Below, in pieces: positions 50,321-62,994 of a DNA stretch of 64,000 nucleotides. Every line of letters begins with the position of its first letter. Position 1 is the first letter of the stretch. Origin of the DNA: Heptranchias perlo (Eukaryota). Position numbers and translations under genes: made by a program. The notes below the pieces were generated by a model. It had not been told where the DNA came from. It did no database searches and worked only from the letters and a program-made list of their open reading frames with translations. Location: the NCBI RefSeq assembly GCF_035084215.1, contig NW_027139453.1, forward strand, positions 8,618,001 through 8,682,000, in the 5' to 3' direction.

Positions 50321-51223
50321 CCAACTTAGTCGCACTCCTGACCCTCTACCGTAGGGACTGCGGTCTATCCAAGAGCACCTCCACCTACCTGGTAGCCATG
50401 GCCACAGCCGACCTCCTGGTCCTCCTCTTCTACGTCTTGGTCAACCGCATTGTGGCCCCTCGTTTCCCTCAGTTGTTCGCCGTTTACACTTGGTGTGTCG
50501 ACTCAACACCATCATCAGCGCCGCCGTGATCGACTGCTCTGTCTGGTCAACAGGGTCTTTCACCTTGGACCGTTTCGTGGCCATCTATTTCCAGGGGTTC
50601 AGAAGGAGGTACTGTAACCCAAGAACCGCTGCCCTGGTAGTTGGTTGGGTTTTCCTGCTTACTTACTCTAGGAACCTCCCCTATTATTTCGCAATCCGAC
50701 CCTACTTTGTACATAACAACCTGCAGATAGGTTGCAAGACCAGTCCCGACATCTACTCAGCTCCGGCCTGGTGAGCTTTCTACTGTCTCCACACCATTTT
50801 ACCGCCTTTGCTTCCCTACGTCTCCGTGGCTCTGCTCAATGTTTTGACCATCAGACACATCCTGGCAGCCAGTCGGGTCCGCCGGGGATTCGGCGGAGAT
50901 GGCGGGCACAGGGGGACCCCGAGATGCAAAGTCGGAGAAAAGCCATGGTCTTGCTCTTCGCCGCCTCGGCTAGTTTCATATCGCTGTGGATGGCGACAAT
51001 CGGGCTCTTCCTGTTCTCACGGATCACCAACACGTACATTTACCGGGGCTTCAATGACCCGTTCGCTATCGTTAATGAAACTGCCCGCATGCTGAGGGTT
51101 CTGAACTGTTGTACGTGCATCTGTATGTACGCTCTAACCCAGTCCAAGTTCAGGGGAGAGCTGAAGAGGGCAGTGAGATATGGCACCAATCTAATCGTTA
51201 CATTTACTGCAGTGATAAAGTGA
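50321..51223 (+). pseudogene. GPR139-like: Divergent GPR139-like GPCR copy D, exon 2 only; two frameshifts (about 50485 and about 50900) and TGA at 50772
   Basis: ttttgcAG|CC AAC TTA (phase 1): NLVALLTL..CGLSKSTSTYLVAMATADLL, DCSVW..TLDRFVAI, DPEMQSRRK, NCCTCICMYALTQSKFR. Confidence 0.9.
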
Positions 51224-51271
51224 CTGAACTCAACCCTAAGTCAAGTTTGCAGGATCCCATTACTTCTTTGT

Positions 51272-52725
51272 AATCATAGAATCATAGAATCATAGAAGGT
51301 TACAGCACGGAATTAGGCCATTCTGACCATCGAGTCTACGCCGGCTCTATGCATGGGCAATCCAGCTAGTCCCACTGACCCGCCCTATCCCTGTATCCCT
51401 GCAAATTGTTTCCCTTCAAGTATTTATCCAGTACCCTATTGAAAGCCATGATTGAATCTGCCTCCACCACCCCCTTGGGCGGTGCATTCCAGATCCTAAC
51501 CACTCGCTGTATAAAATAGTTTTTCCTCATGTCACCTTTGGTCCTATTGCCAATCACCTTAAATCTATGCCCTTTGGTTCTTGATTCTTCCACCAATCGG
51601 AACAGTTTATCTCTATCTGCTCTGTCTGGACCCTTCATGATTTTGAATACCTCTATCACATCTCCTCGCAACCGTCTCTGTTCCAAGGAGAACAATTTCA
51701 AATTATCCAGCCTATCCACGTAACTAAAGTCCCTCATCCCTGGAATCATTCCAGTAAATCTCTTCTGCACACTCTCTAAAGCCTTTGCATCCTTCCTAAA
51801 GTGCGGTGCCTTGAACGGGACACAATACTCCAGTTGTGTCTGAACCGGTGTTTTATCATGACTTCCCTGCAATTGTACTCTATGCCTCTATTTATAAAGC
51901 CCAGGATCCCGTATGCTTTGTCAACCGCTTTCTCAACCTGCCATGCCACTTTCAAGGATTTGTGCACATACACCCCCAGATCGCTCTGTTCCTCTACCCC
52001 TTTTGGAATTGTGCCCTTTAATTTATATTGCCTCTTCTCATTTGCCCTACCGAAATGCATCACCTTGCATTTTTACTCGTTCAACTTCATCTGCCTTGTG
52101 ACCGCCTGTGCCACCAGTGTGTCAATAGCCTCTTGATGTCTATCACTATCCTCCTCCCTGGTCACGACCCTTTCAAGTTTCGTGTCATCTGCATTTTTTT
52201 GAAATTGTGCCCTGTACACCCAAGTCCAAGTCATTAATGTATATCAAGAAAAGCAGTGGTCCCAGTACTGACCCCTGAGGAACAACACTTTACACCTCCC
52301 TCCAGTCTGAAAAACAGCCGTTCACCACTATACTCTGTTTCCTGTCATTTAGCCAATTCTGTATCCATTTACTACTGCCCCCTTTATTCCATGGGCCTCA
52401 ATCTTGATGATAAGCCTACCATGCGGCACTTTATCAAACGCTTTTTGAAAATCCATATGCACCACATCAACTACATTGCCCTCATCTACCCTCTCCGTTA
52501 GCTCATCAAAAATCTCTATCAAGTTTGGTAAACACGATTGGCCTTCAACCAATCCTTGCTGGCTTTCCCTGATCAATCCACGTCCAAATGACTGTTAATT
52601 CTGTCCCGGATGATCGTTTTCTAAAGTTTACCCACCACCGAGATTAAACTGACTGGCCTATAGTTGCTGGGTTTACCTTTACACACTTTTTTGAACAAGG
52701 GTGTAACATTTTCATTTCTCCAGTA
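51272..52725 (-). mobile_element. CR1 LINE ORF2 fragment with 3' tail
   Basis: MDFQKAFDKVPH, QLEYCV, LFSLEQRRLRGD motifs; (aatcatag)n tail. Confidence 0.92.
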
Positions 52726-53479
52726 TAATAAATCCACAATATTAATAACACATGTTTCAAATCCCATTTTTGGTTCAGGGTAATTTTCACTGAATCTTTT
52801 CAGTAGTAATTAGATGTACGGAGTAGGTTAAAGAAAATTATATATTTTATGGCCCCAGAAATGAATCAGTTGGTTGTTTGTATTAAAATCGACACAAACT
52901 ACAAACAACTTTCTACATCTATAGATTTACAAGTTGGATATCCATCGGGGTATGGCAAATGCTAAAAAATCTAAACTAGTTCGAAACACGGACTACCAAA
53001 GAATTACTGAAAGTGAGCCTCGATGTTCATCGAGATAGACACCGCCACGTGACTAACGCTGAATCTAGCCATTCTTTTCATGTCACAACTACATACATTC
53101 CATTCTCACTGGAATCTGGGCAGCGTTTGTGTAGAAGATAAGTTAATTGTGCACGGTTATAAACATCACACATTACAAAACAATAACGGTTGAAACATTT
53201 TGGCTCCAGACTAGGCTATAATTCATTACGCAATCCCTCTGATGCTCCTTAATTTTTTTCAACCTGAAACCTCCGTGCTACTCTGGCATTGATTCTTTGA
53301 TTCTACTCAGCATTCTCCTGCGGAACCCTAACCACCTAATCTAAATCATGCATTAGCCTTTATCTCACAGATACATTCTCATAATGTAATGATATTAATC
53401 CAAATATCTGTACAACGAAGCCATTGTTCCTAATATACATCATCCTACACAAAGAAAATTATACTTTGAGTTAGTGCAT

Positions 53480-54835
53480 ACAGCCTGACGTCGGTGGTAG
53501 GGAAACCTTTTGAGACAGTAATCCGCGACAAAGTAAATTGGCATTCGGAAAAGTATGGGCCAATAAATCAAAGTCAGCACGGATTTGTTAAAGGACAATC
53601 GTGTTTGATTTACTTGATTGAGTTATTTGATAAATAACGGAGAGGGTTGATGAGGGCAGTGCGGTTGCTGCTGTGTATATGGACTTTCAAAAGGCGTTTG
53701 TTAAAGTGCCACATAATAGACTTGTTAGCAAAATTAAAGCCGGTGAGGTTAAAGGGTCAGTGGCAGCATGGATATAAAATAGGCTAGGAGACGGAAAACA
53801 GAGAGTAGTGGTGAACGGTTGTTTTTCAAACTGGAGGGGAGGAAGCAGTAGTCTTCCCCAGAGGTCAGTACTAGAATATTCGATATAATAATGACCTGGA
53901 TTTGGGTATAGAGGGCATAATTTTATAGTTTACAGGTGACACTAAACTCGGAAATGTAGTGAACAATGTAGAGGATAGTAACAGACTTCAGGAGGACGTA
54001 GACAGACTGGTGAAAAGGGCAGACACATGGCAGATGAAATTTAACGCAGAGAACAGTGAAGTGATGCATTTAGTAGGAAGGATGTGGCGAGGCAATTTGA
54101 ACTAAATGGTACAATTTTAAAATAGGTGCAGGAACAGAGACTTGGGGGTTTATGTGCACAAATCTTTGAGGGTGGCAGAAGAAGTTGAGAAGGCTGTTAA
54201 AAAAGTTTACTGTTTCCTGGGCTTTATTAATATAGGCATAAAGTGCAAAAGCAAGGAAGTTATGCTAAACCTTTATAAAACAATTGTTAGGCCTCAGCTG
54301 GAGTATTGCATTCAATTCTGGGCACCACACCTTAGGAAGGATCTCAAGGCCTTAGAGAGGGTGCAGAGGAGATTTATTAGATTGGTGCCACGGATGAGGG
54401 AATTCACTTACGTGGAGAGACTGGAGAAGCTGCGATTGTTCTCCTTGGAGCAGAGAAATTTAAGGGGAGATTTGGTAGAGGTGTTCAAAATCATGAACGG
54501 TTTTGACAGGGTAAATAAGGAAAAACTGTTCCCAATGGCAGAGAGTCGGTAACCAGAGGACACAGATTTAAGGTGATTGAAAAAAGAACCAGAGGTGACA
54601 TGAGGAAACATGTTTTTTTCGCAGCGAGTTGTAATGATCTGAAATGAGCTGCCTGAAAGGGCGGTGGAAGCAGATTCAATGGTAAATTTCAAAAGGGAAT
54701 TGGATAAATACTTGAAGGGATAAAATTCACAGGGCTATGGGGAAAGAACAGCGGAATGGGACATTTTGGATAGCTCTTTCCAAGTGCCGCAGGCATAATG
54801 GGCCGAATGCCCTCCTCCCGTAGCTAATATCATAC
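53480..54835 (+). mobile_element. CR1 LINE ORF2 fragment with 3' tail
   Basis: SQHGF, YMDFQKAF, RPQLEYCIQFWAP motifs. Confidence 0.92.
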
Positions 54836-54929
54836 CATGATATTGTGATAATTCTTGTCATGTGATGTCAAATTGAATCTATCTGTTGAATGAACAGTTA
54901 AAACATTCTGAATCACGTTGCATTTATAA

Positions 54930-55600
54930 GGAACTCGCCTCTGAGTCAGAAGGTTGTGTCCCACTCCAGAGACTTGAGCAGAAAATCCAGGCTGACACAC
55001 CTGGTATTGAGGGATCACTGCACTTTCAGAGGGGCAGAACTGAAACAGCGCTGCAGTGTCAGAGCGGCAGTACAGATGGAGCGCTGCACTGTCAAAGGAG
55101 CACTACTGAGGGAGTGCTGCACTGTCAAAGGAGCACTACTGAGGGAGTGCTGCACTGTCGGAGGGTCAGTACTGAGGGAGTGCTGCACTGTCGGAGGGAC
55201 AGCACTGAGGGAGTGCTGCACTGTCGGAGGGCAGAACTAAGGGAGTGCTTCATTGTCTGAGGGGCAAGTCTGAGGATGCGCTGCACTGTTGGAAATGCCG
55301 TCTTTCGGATGGGAAGTTAAGCGAGGCCCCGTCTACCCTCTCAGTGCACATAAACGATCCCCTGGACATTATTTCAAAGAAGAGTATGGGGAGTTCTCCC
55401 CTGGTAACGTGGGGCCAATATTTATCTCTGAACCAACATCACTTAAAAACAGATTATCTGGTTATTTATCACATCGCTGTTTATGGGCGCTTGCTGTGCG
55501 AAATTGCTGCCGCATTTTCTACATTACCACAGTGACTATAAATCAAAAAATACTTCATAGGTTGTAAAGTGCTTTGTGATGTCCTGAGGTCGTGAATGGA
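54930..55600 (+). mobile_element. DeuSINE-type SINE with internal 33-bp tandem amplification (about 55005-55290)
   Basis: gccgtctttcggatg core; repeated ctgagggagtgctgcactgtc. Confidence 0.78.
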
Positions 55601-55689
55601 GGTCTATCTTTCCATTTTCCTCCGGCCCCAAACCTTCCCTCCCTCCCTTCCTTCCTTTCTCAAGGCATTTAGCGACGGCCAACGTTTCT

Positions 55690-56330
55690 CTTTTTTATTC
55701 CTTCATGCGATGTGTGCGTCGCTGGCGAGGCCGGCATTTATTGCCCATCGCAGGTTGCCCTTGAGAAGGTGGTGGTGAGCCGCGTACTTGAACCGCTGCA
55801 GTCCGGGTGGTGAAGGTACTCCGGCAGTGCTGTTAGGTAGGGAGTTCCAGGATTTTGACGTAGTGATGATGAAGGAATAGCGATATATTTCCAAGTTGGG
55901 ATGGTGTGTGACTTGAAGCGGAACGTGCAGGCGGTGTTGTTCCCATGTGCCTGCTGCCTTTGTCCTACAAGATGCCAAAGGTCGCGGGTTTGGGAGGTGC
56001 TGTCGAAGAAGCCTTGGCGAGTTGCTGCAGTGCATCCTGTGGATGGTACACACTGCAGCCACGGTGCGCCGGTGGTGAAGGGAGTGAATGTTTAGGGTGG
56101 TGGATGGGGTGCCAATCAAGCGAGCTGCATTGTCCTGGATGATGTCGAGCTTCTTGAGTGTTGTTGGAGCTGCAAGTGGAGAGTATTCCATCACACTCCT
56201 GACTTATGCCTTGTAGATGGTGGAGAGGCTTTGGAGAGTCAGGAGTTGATTCACTCACAGGAGAATACCCAGTCTCTGACCTGCTCTTGTAGCCACGACA
56301 ATAATATAGTTAGCCCAGTTGAGTTTCTGC
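55690..56330 (-). mobile_element. LINE-A 3' fragment
   Basis: MEYSPLA..TTLKKLDIIQD, SWNSLP motifs. Confidence 0.85.
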
Positions 56331-57109
56331 AGCTGCCCTGTTTGATGGGACAGTGTAGAGCAAGCTTTACTCTGTATCTCTCCTTATTTGGCTCGCTGTG
56401 CATTTTTAACTCAATACTCTCCTGTAAGGCATCTCAGGACGTTTTACTACTTTAAAGGTGCTACATAAATGCATTGTGGTTGTTATCAAGGTCTCTTTAT
56501 TTAAATTTAAAATCAAGTATCCCTCCACCATTGCCATCTACCATCTTGCCTATGCCCTGTTGTGCATATGTTAGCAAACACGACAGACCCCAGCACTGAC
56601 CCCGCTCGCTCAGCGGGTGACGGGGTCACCCACCCAGTGCAGAGCGGCCGGAGCTGGTGATCCGATGGGGCGTCTCTCCGCCGCGCTGCATTGTGGGAAG
56701 GCAGGACGGCCATTAGCCTCTCTGCCATTACCGGGCGGTGCGAAGGAGCCCTGGGACGGTTGGTGTCAGATGCTGCGGGAAATCCGTCAGAGGTACATTC
56801 AGGGTCGAGAGCCCCGACAGGAACACTTCCCTTCTCCCGGTCCCTGCCCAGGCCGGCAGTTCCATGCCGGCCCATCGGCTCCAGGACCTGTTCCTTTCCC
56901 TTAAATCGATAACACGCGGACCACAGGACAGGGAAACCTCGCCTGCCGAGCGCGGTCCCCAGAGTTGGTGGTTGAGGTTGGCGGCTTGGCCCCTGAAAAA
57001 TCTTCCCGACTCATCAATAACCTGCAATTTAACGTCATAAAAATATTCAAAGAATTAGCAGAGGGCAAGACACTGACCTGGGCTCTGTGGAGCAACTATT
57101 TTGTTTCTA

Positions 57110-57545
57110 ACATCCACCCGCCCATTTATCTCCCCTTTCCCCACATTTTGTTACTCTTCAAACCATTTCTTGCCCTTTCTCCCCATTTATTCCCCTTCTG
57201 GCCAATTACTTCCTCCTTTCTCGCCATTTGTTTCCCCATCCCCATTTAACCCCACATTTATTTCTTTCTTGGCCACAATTTTTCCTCTTTCCTCTCCATT
57301 TTGTTCCCCCTCCCGCCATTTCTTTCCCCTTCTCCGACTTCATACCCCTTCCGCATTTCGTTCACCCCTCCGCCCATCGATTTCCCTTCCCCATTTCTCC
57401 ACATTTCTTACCTTCCTCCATTACATTCCACCTCCCTCATGTATCTCCTCCTCCCCCATTCCCCTCCCCCAATTTATTACCCTCTTCCTCCATTGATTTC
57501 CCCATCTCTTTGCCCCGGAATCCTCCTCTATCACCCACTGACATT
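57110..57545. repeat. CT-rich low-complexity tract
   Basis: Composition. Confidence 0.85.
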
Positions 57546-57724
57546 CCACAACTCGTTTCCCCCTTTAACGGGCATTAATAAATGAAGTTGCAGGACCATG
57601 AATCTCAGCACGACTCCGCTTTACGGGGCGCTGTCACACCTCCGCCATCACCGTGATTTCTTAGAAGTTGAGGCACCCAGCCAATAACATCACAACATGT
57701 AGCTCTGTGGCTCTTGATGCTGTC

Positions 57725-58520
57725 AAAAGCAGGCAATTAGGAAAGCAAATGGAATGTTGGCCTTTTTTGCAAGGGTGTTGGAGTATAACAGTGAAGAAGT
57801 CTTGGTACAATGGTACGGGGCTTTTGTGAGAGCTCACCTGGAGCACTGTATACAGTTTTGGTCTCCTTATCTAAGGAAGGATATGCTTGCCTTAGAGGGG
57901 GTGCAACGAAGATTCACGAAAATATTTCCTAGGATGAGACGTTTTTCTTATGAGGCGAGGTTTAGTAGAATGGAACAATTCTCTCTGGAGTTTCGATAAA
58001 ATAGAGGTGATCTCATTGCAATATATCAGATTATTTGGGGGGCTTGACAGAGTAGACGCTGAGAGATTGTTTTCCCTGACTAGAGAGTCTATAACTAGGG
58101 GGCATAGTCGCAGGATAAGGGGTTGGCCATTCAAGACTGAGATGAGGACGAATTTCTTCACTCAGAGGGTTGTGAATCATTGGAATTCTGTACACCGGAG
58201 AGCAGTCGATGCTGAGTCCATGAATATATTCGAGGCTGAGAGCTTGGTCTCCAAACAACCACATCTCAGTAACGGCTACAAGATCAAACCCATTCATCTC
58301 TATTTCTGCCATTAATTCTTCTTTCTTCTTACAAACGCTTCGTGCATTCAGATACAGCGCCTTTAATTTTAACTTTTTACTATATTTTCCTGATGTGACC
58401 TTAGTCACTGATGCCCTATCACCTTTGTTAAGCTCTCTGTCCCTTCCCGACACACTCCATTTGTCTTTACCCAAAACGCTACTCTGCTCAATAGCCTTGT
58501 CTTTTCTCTATAGACTTATA
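57725..58520. mobile_element. CR1 fragments: RT C-terminus (+, to about 58235) and APE endonuclease start (-, about 58240-58520)
   Basis: HLEHCIQFWSP on plus; LYLNARS...DLVAVTEMWL on minus. Confidence 0.85.
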
Positions 58521-58669
58521 ACTTTAAACTAACCTAAACTTTCCCCCCCCCTCTTATTCATTTAAAACCTTCTGTTACAGAGGAACAGTAGGAAGCCATT
58601 CAGCCCTTCAAGCCTGATACACAAGAACGGGAGAAGATAATTCGCCCCCCTCGAGCCTGTTACATAACA

Positions 58670-59535
58670 GCAGAAGAGGCCTTGTCGAGCTGCTGCAGTG
58701 CATCCTATAGATGATCCACACTACAGCCACGATGCAACAGTGGTGGAGGGACTGAATGTCGATAGGGTGGCAATTAAGCGGGCTACTTTGTCCTGGATAG
58801 CGTCGAGATTCTTGAGTGTTACTGGAGCTGCACTCATCCAGGCAAGTGGAGAATATTCCATCACAATCCTGACTTGTGCCTTGTAGATGGTGCAAATGCT
58901 TTGGGGAGTCAGAAGATGAGTCACTCACCGCAGATTACTCAGCCTCTGACCTGCACTTGTAGCCACAATATTTATGTGGCTAGTCCAGTTAAGTTTCTGA
59001 TCAATGGTGACCCCCAGGATGTTGATGGTGGGGGATTCGGCAATGGTAATGCCGTTAAATGTCATGGGGAGGTGGTTAGACTCTCTCTGGTTGGAAGTGG
59101 TCACTGCCTGGCACTTGGCTGTTGCGAATGTTACTTGCCACGTATCAGCCCAAGACTGGGTGTTGTCCAGTTCTTGCTGCATGCGGGCACGGAATGCTTC
59201 ATTATCTAAGGGGTTGCGAATGGAAGTGAACACTGTGCAATCATCAGTGAACATCCCCAATTCTGACGTTATAATGCAGGGAACGACATTGATGAAGCAG
59301 CTGAAGATGGTTCGACCTGGGACACTGCCCTGCTGAACTCCTGCAGCGATGTCCTGGGGCTGAGATGTTTGGCCTCCAACAACCACTACCATTTTCCTTT
59401 TTGCTAGGTATGACTCCAGCTACTTGAGAGTTTTCCCCTGATTCCCATTGACTTCAATTTTACTAGGGCTCCTTGAAGCCACACTGGGTCAAATGCTGCC
59501 TTGATATCAAGAGTAGTCACTCTCACCTCATCTCT
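58670..59535 (-). mobile_element. LINE-A RT fragment
   Basis: GVQQGSVPG, MFTDD, WADTWQVTF, IYKAQVR motifs. Confidence 0.85.
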
Positions 59536-59539
59536 GCCT

Positions 59540-60520
59540 AAAGGAGCCCCAGAGGCATGTTATCCATTCCACCCTTGCAGCAGTTTTCAACGTCAGGGCC
59601 CCTTTAATGGCAGCTCTCTGTTCGTGGTACCACCCACACCACACTCTGAAGGTTGGGTCTGGCCACGCTGTCGGAACAGTCACAGGACGTCCCGTCCAGC
59701 TGGTTCGTAACCCACCACCTGTCCCAGGTGGAGAAGTTCCTGAGGATGAACTCCTTCGACAAAAAGGACATCAGAAAGTGGTCGGCATGGAACTTTCTTG
59801 GAGTCCTGCAGGGAAAGGAAAGGTTGAATCGGAGCGGGCAGTTCCCTGACCAAACGGGCGAAGCCATTTTGCAGAACCTTTCATCGCCAGAACTAATCAA
59901 CAGACACCAGGATGTAACCTGGATGGTGGTGAGAAGGGCCCTCCCAATGCGGTCCTCCCAGCACACACAGAACCTCAGCGCCATCGCGAGCTGCTCTCGA
60001 GGCTGCAGCGGGGAAGAGACCGCCGTCAACCTCCTGATATGCTGCCTCTTCACGCAGTAGGTGTGGAGAGAGATGAGTTGGTATCTGTCCCGGTTTATCT
60101 CCAACATCTTGGTAACACAGGACGCTGAGTTCTACGGGTTGCACACTGAGACAGATATCAACTGCTGCTGGAAGACCATCAACTCGGTGAAAGAGGCCCT
60201 TTGTTCCCCCTGAAACCTGCTGGACTTCCAGCTGAAGGATCTGTCCAGCAACGTGTGTTGCCGACTGGCACATTCCAGGGTCCAGTTGCAAGTGATGCGA
60301 GACGCACAGAAGCGAGGTGCGGCCTACGCAAAGGATCTATGGGGAAAGGCCACCTTGTCAGGCCACCTCACCTTGTAATGTTCACCGTGTATTAAAAGAT
60401 ATAGACTGTTCCTGAATTGTAATATTGGGATCGTAATTTGTACGACCTGCATTGTATTGCTTTGAAATTGTGATATTTAAATCGAACTATGGGTAACCTT
60501 AAATATTATGAAATAAAATG
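59540..60520 (+). mobile_element. Tx1/L1-like LINE ORF2 C-terminus (zf-RVT region)
   Basis: RHQDVTWMVVRRALP...CSRGCSGEETAVNLLICC...VW resembles the zinc-finger region of L1/Tx1 elements; aataaa tail. Confidence 0.75.
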
Positions 60521-61004
60521 TATTTTGAATTTTTAACAAAGTTCCTTGTCTTGAGCTGAGGTGTTGTGTATTGTCCCGGAAACAAGGGAAATGACCGTGA
60601 GCTGCAGGGTCCAATAGTTCTAGGGTCATTCCCTTATGCTGTGTTCTCAACTCTTCACTGGGCGTCAGACAATTACCCCCTCTCTCTTCCTGATATAAAA
60701 TGCACAATCGGCAGTTTTACTGGTGAGATTTGTAAGGTGTGAAAAATTTCAGGGAGAAGGAGATGGGTAACTAAGCCCAACCCCAGGCTGGTGGTGGTGG
60801 AGGGGTGGTGCTGATCACGCTGATCAGAAACCGACTGGGCCCAGCCCAGTGTGTGGAGGATTCCAGTCCATCATTCCTGCCATATTTATTTGTCAGGGTG
60901 GACTTGTCACATCAGCTAAAACACAAATTAATGCAGGATTTAGAATAACAAATTTAAATTCGCTCCAAGAATTAACAATTTTGCTTCATGGTATCGATTT
61001 GTGA

Positions 61005-61430
61005 CAGAGACAGAGTTTGAGGAATAAATAGAGAGTGAATGAGAGATAGGGAGAGAGAGGGCATGAGAAATAGGGAGAGGGAATGAGAGAGACAGTGAAA
61101 AATAGGGAGTGGCAAAGATAATGAGAGAGGGAAATAGTGATTGAGAGATATAGAGAGATTGAGAAATAGGGAGAGGAAACGAGAGAGAGGGAGTGAGAAA
61201 TAGAGATAGGGAACGATAGAGTGAGTGAGAGATAAGGAGAGACAGTGAGAAATAGGGAGAGAGAACGAGAGAGCGAGGTTTAAGGAGAGGTGACGAGAGA
61301 GACACAAAATAGGCAGAGGGAAAGAGTGAGTGACTGAGAGATAGGGAGAGTGAGAAATACGGAAAGGGAACAAGAGAGAGAGTGTGAAATGCGGAGAGGG
61401 AACGAGAGAATGTAAGAGGTAGAGATTAAG
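61005..61430. repeat. GA-rich simple repeat
   Basis: Composition. Confidence 0.9.
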
Positions 61431-61507
61431 CTGAAAAGGTTGAGTGAGTGAATCATTCCCTTTTACCCACTGTGTACTGTACATGCACAGGAGCTGACAC
61501 TGAGATA

Positions 61508-61624
61508 TTTGTAAACAATTTTACAACACCAAGTTATAGTCCAGCAACTTGCTGGAATATAACTTGGTGCTGTAAAATTGTTTACAATTGTCAACCCCAG
61601 TCCATCACCGGCATCTCCACATCA
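61508..61624. mobile_element. 117-bp insertion with a 79-bp near-perfect palindrome and 13-bp target-site duplication; probably Penelope-like-derived
   Basis: TSD tgacactgagata at 61495-61507 and 61625-61637; arms 61509-61547 and 61549-61587. Family assignment is from memory only. Confidence 0.75.
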
Positions 61625-61804
61625 TGACACTGAGATAGATACGGGCCATGAGATTTCATAGGATCCAGAAACAATGTTGAGGACTCCCAGGGCCACTCCC
61701 TCCTGACTGTATATCACTGTACCGTCACCTCTGATAAGTATGTCCTGCCGGTGGGACAGGACATGGCCAGCGATAATATCCTCCTCTCCCCGTCTCTTTC
61801 GCAG

Positions 61805-62100
61805 ACGTGAATTCGAAGAGGATTCACCAGATGCCCATCGCTGTTTCCAAATTCCCTGGGGAGGGAGTGGAACTGAAGTGCACGGTGGAGGGCACCAGTA
61901 ACCCTGACATGAATTGGTACAGACAACACCCGGGGAAGGAGCTAGAGTTAATGTTTTACTCCACAGCTACTGATATCGTGAGCCCAGAGGGGACGGTGGA
62001 TGGTTTCACCGCCAATCGAACGAATGACCACCAGTTCAACCTGGAGACCTCTGGCCTGCGGGCGAATCAGTCGGCCGTGTATTACTGCGCGTGGATTCTA
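61805..62100 (+). CDS. TRBV: TCR beta variable segment V1 (V exon), TRBV30-like; leader apparently defective
   Basis: ttcgcAG|AC GTG AAT TCG; CTVEGTSNP, WYRQ, YYCAW motifs; followed directly by an RSS. Confidence 0.85.
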
Positions 62101-62139
62101 CACAGTGACTCAGAGAGATCGAGCAGTTTAACAAAAAAA
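62101..62139 (+). promoter_or_regulatory. 23-bp-spacer recombination signal sequence of V1
   Basis: CACAGTG + 23 nt + ACAAAAAAA (last two nonamer bases non-consensus). Confidence 0.92.
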
Positions 62140-62209
62140 CCCAAACTGGCAGGAAACACGCTGGAGACACAAAACCGCGCGTCGCCTCGGCACCTGTTTT
62201 TTTTTTTGC

Positions 62210-62670
62210 AGAGCAAACGTGTATTGGACAAGAAGATGAGACGAGTTAGAATGAAGTGAGAGATTAGATATTGAGGCACTGGAGAACGTGCGATAAAGAT
62301 TTACCGGCGTGATGCTAGATCTGAGAGGTTAAAACTATCAGGAAAGCTTGAACAGACTGGTGCTAAGTGATGACCTGATAGAGCTCGTTAAAATTATGAA
62401 AGGCACTGATAGGGTATACGCAGGGAACATGTTTATACTTGTGGGGGGACCAGAAGTAGCGACCAAAGATATAAAATAGCCATTAATTAATCCAAAGGGA
62501 ATTCAGGAGAAACGTCTTTACCCAGAGACTGATTGGAATGTGGATCTCGCCACAAAAGGGAGTGGTTGAGGCGAACAGCATAAATGCTTTTCAACTGAAG
62601 GTGGAAGGCAGGAATCGACGGACATGCTGATAGGGTGAAATTAAATAATGTGGGAGGACTCTCGTGTGCA
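62210..62670 (+). mobile_element. Decayed CR1 3' fragment co-duplicated with the V segment
   Basis: Paralog of 63650-64000. Confidence 0.7.
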
Positions 62671-62868
62671 GCTTAAACACAAGCATGTTTATCTAACGGG
62701 CTTGGTTGAGGCCATCGTTGTCCAATAGCTACTAGACACATGTGGCAAATTGGGGATCCAGATGTGGTTAATTTCATAACTGATTGTAAATACAAAATAT
62801 TTAATTTCCCCATTAGCAACCACATTGATTCTAATTGGTTGAACGGGGAAATTGGGCGTGTCCAACCC

Positions 62869-62877
62869 TGCGTCACT
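62869..62877 (-). promoter_or_regulatory. CRE-like V-beta promoter element (AGTGACGCA)
   Basis: About 120 bp upstream of the V2 leader ATG; resembles the TCR V-beta decamer AGTGAYRTCA. Confidence 0.45.
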
Positions 62878-62994
62878 TGCTTATTCTCTTCATGCTTTCC
62901 TGAATGATTTGAAAAGGGCGGGTTGGCTCCTCAAAAGACTCACCGCTGCTGTTCTCGCTCCTTTCCTTATTAAGAGCGAAGCTTAAAGTAAAAG

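Noticed and set aside
56513-57050. GC-rich ORFs as a gene or CpG-island promoter
   Set aside because: No recognisable protein motif; more likely a non-coding DNA-transposon remnant, but unverified.
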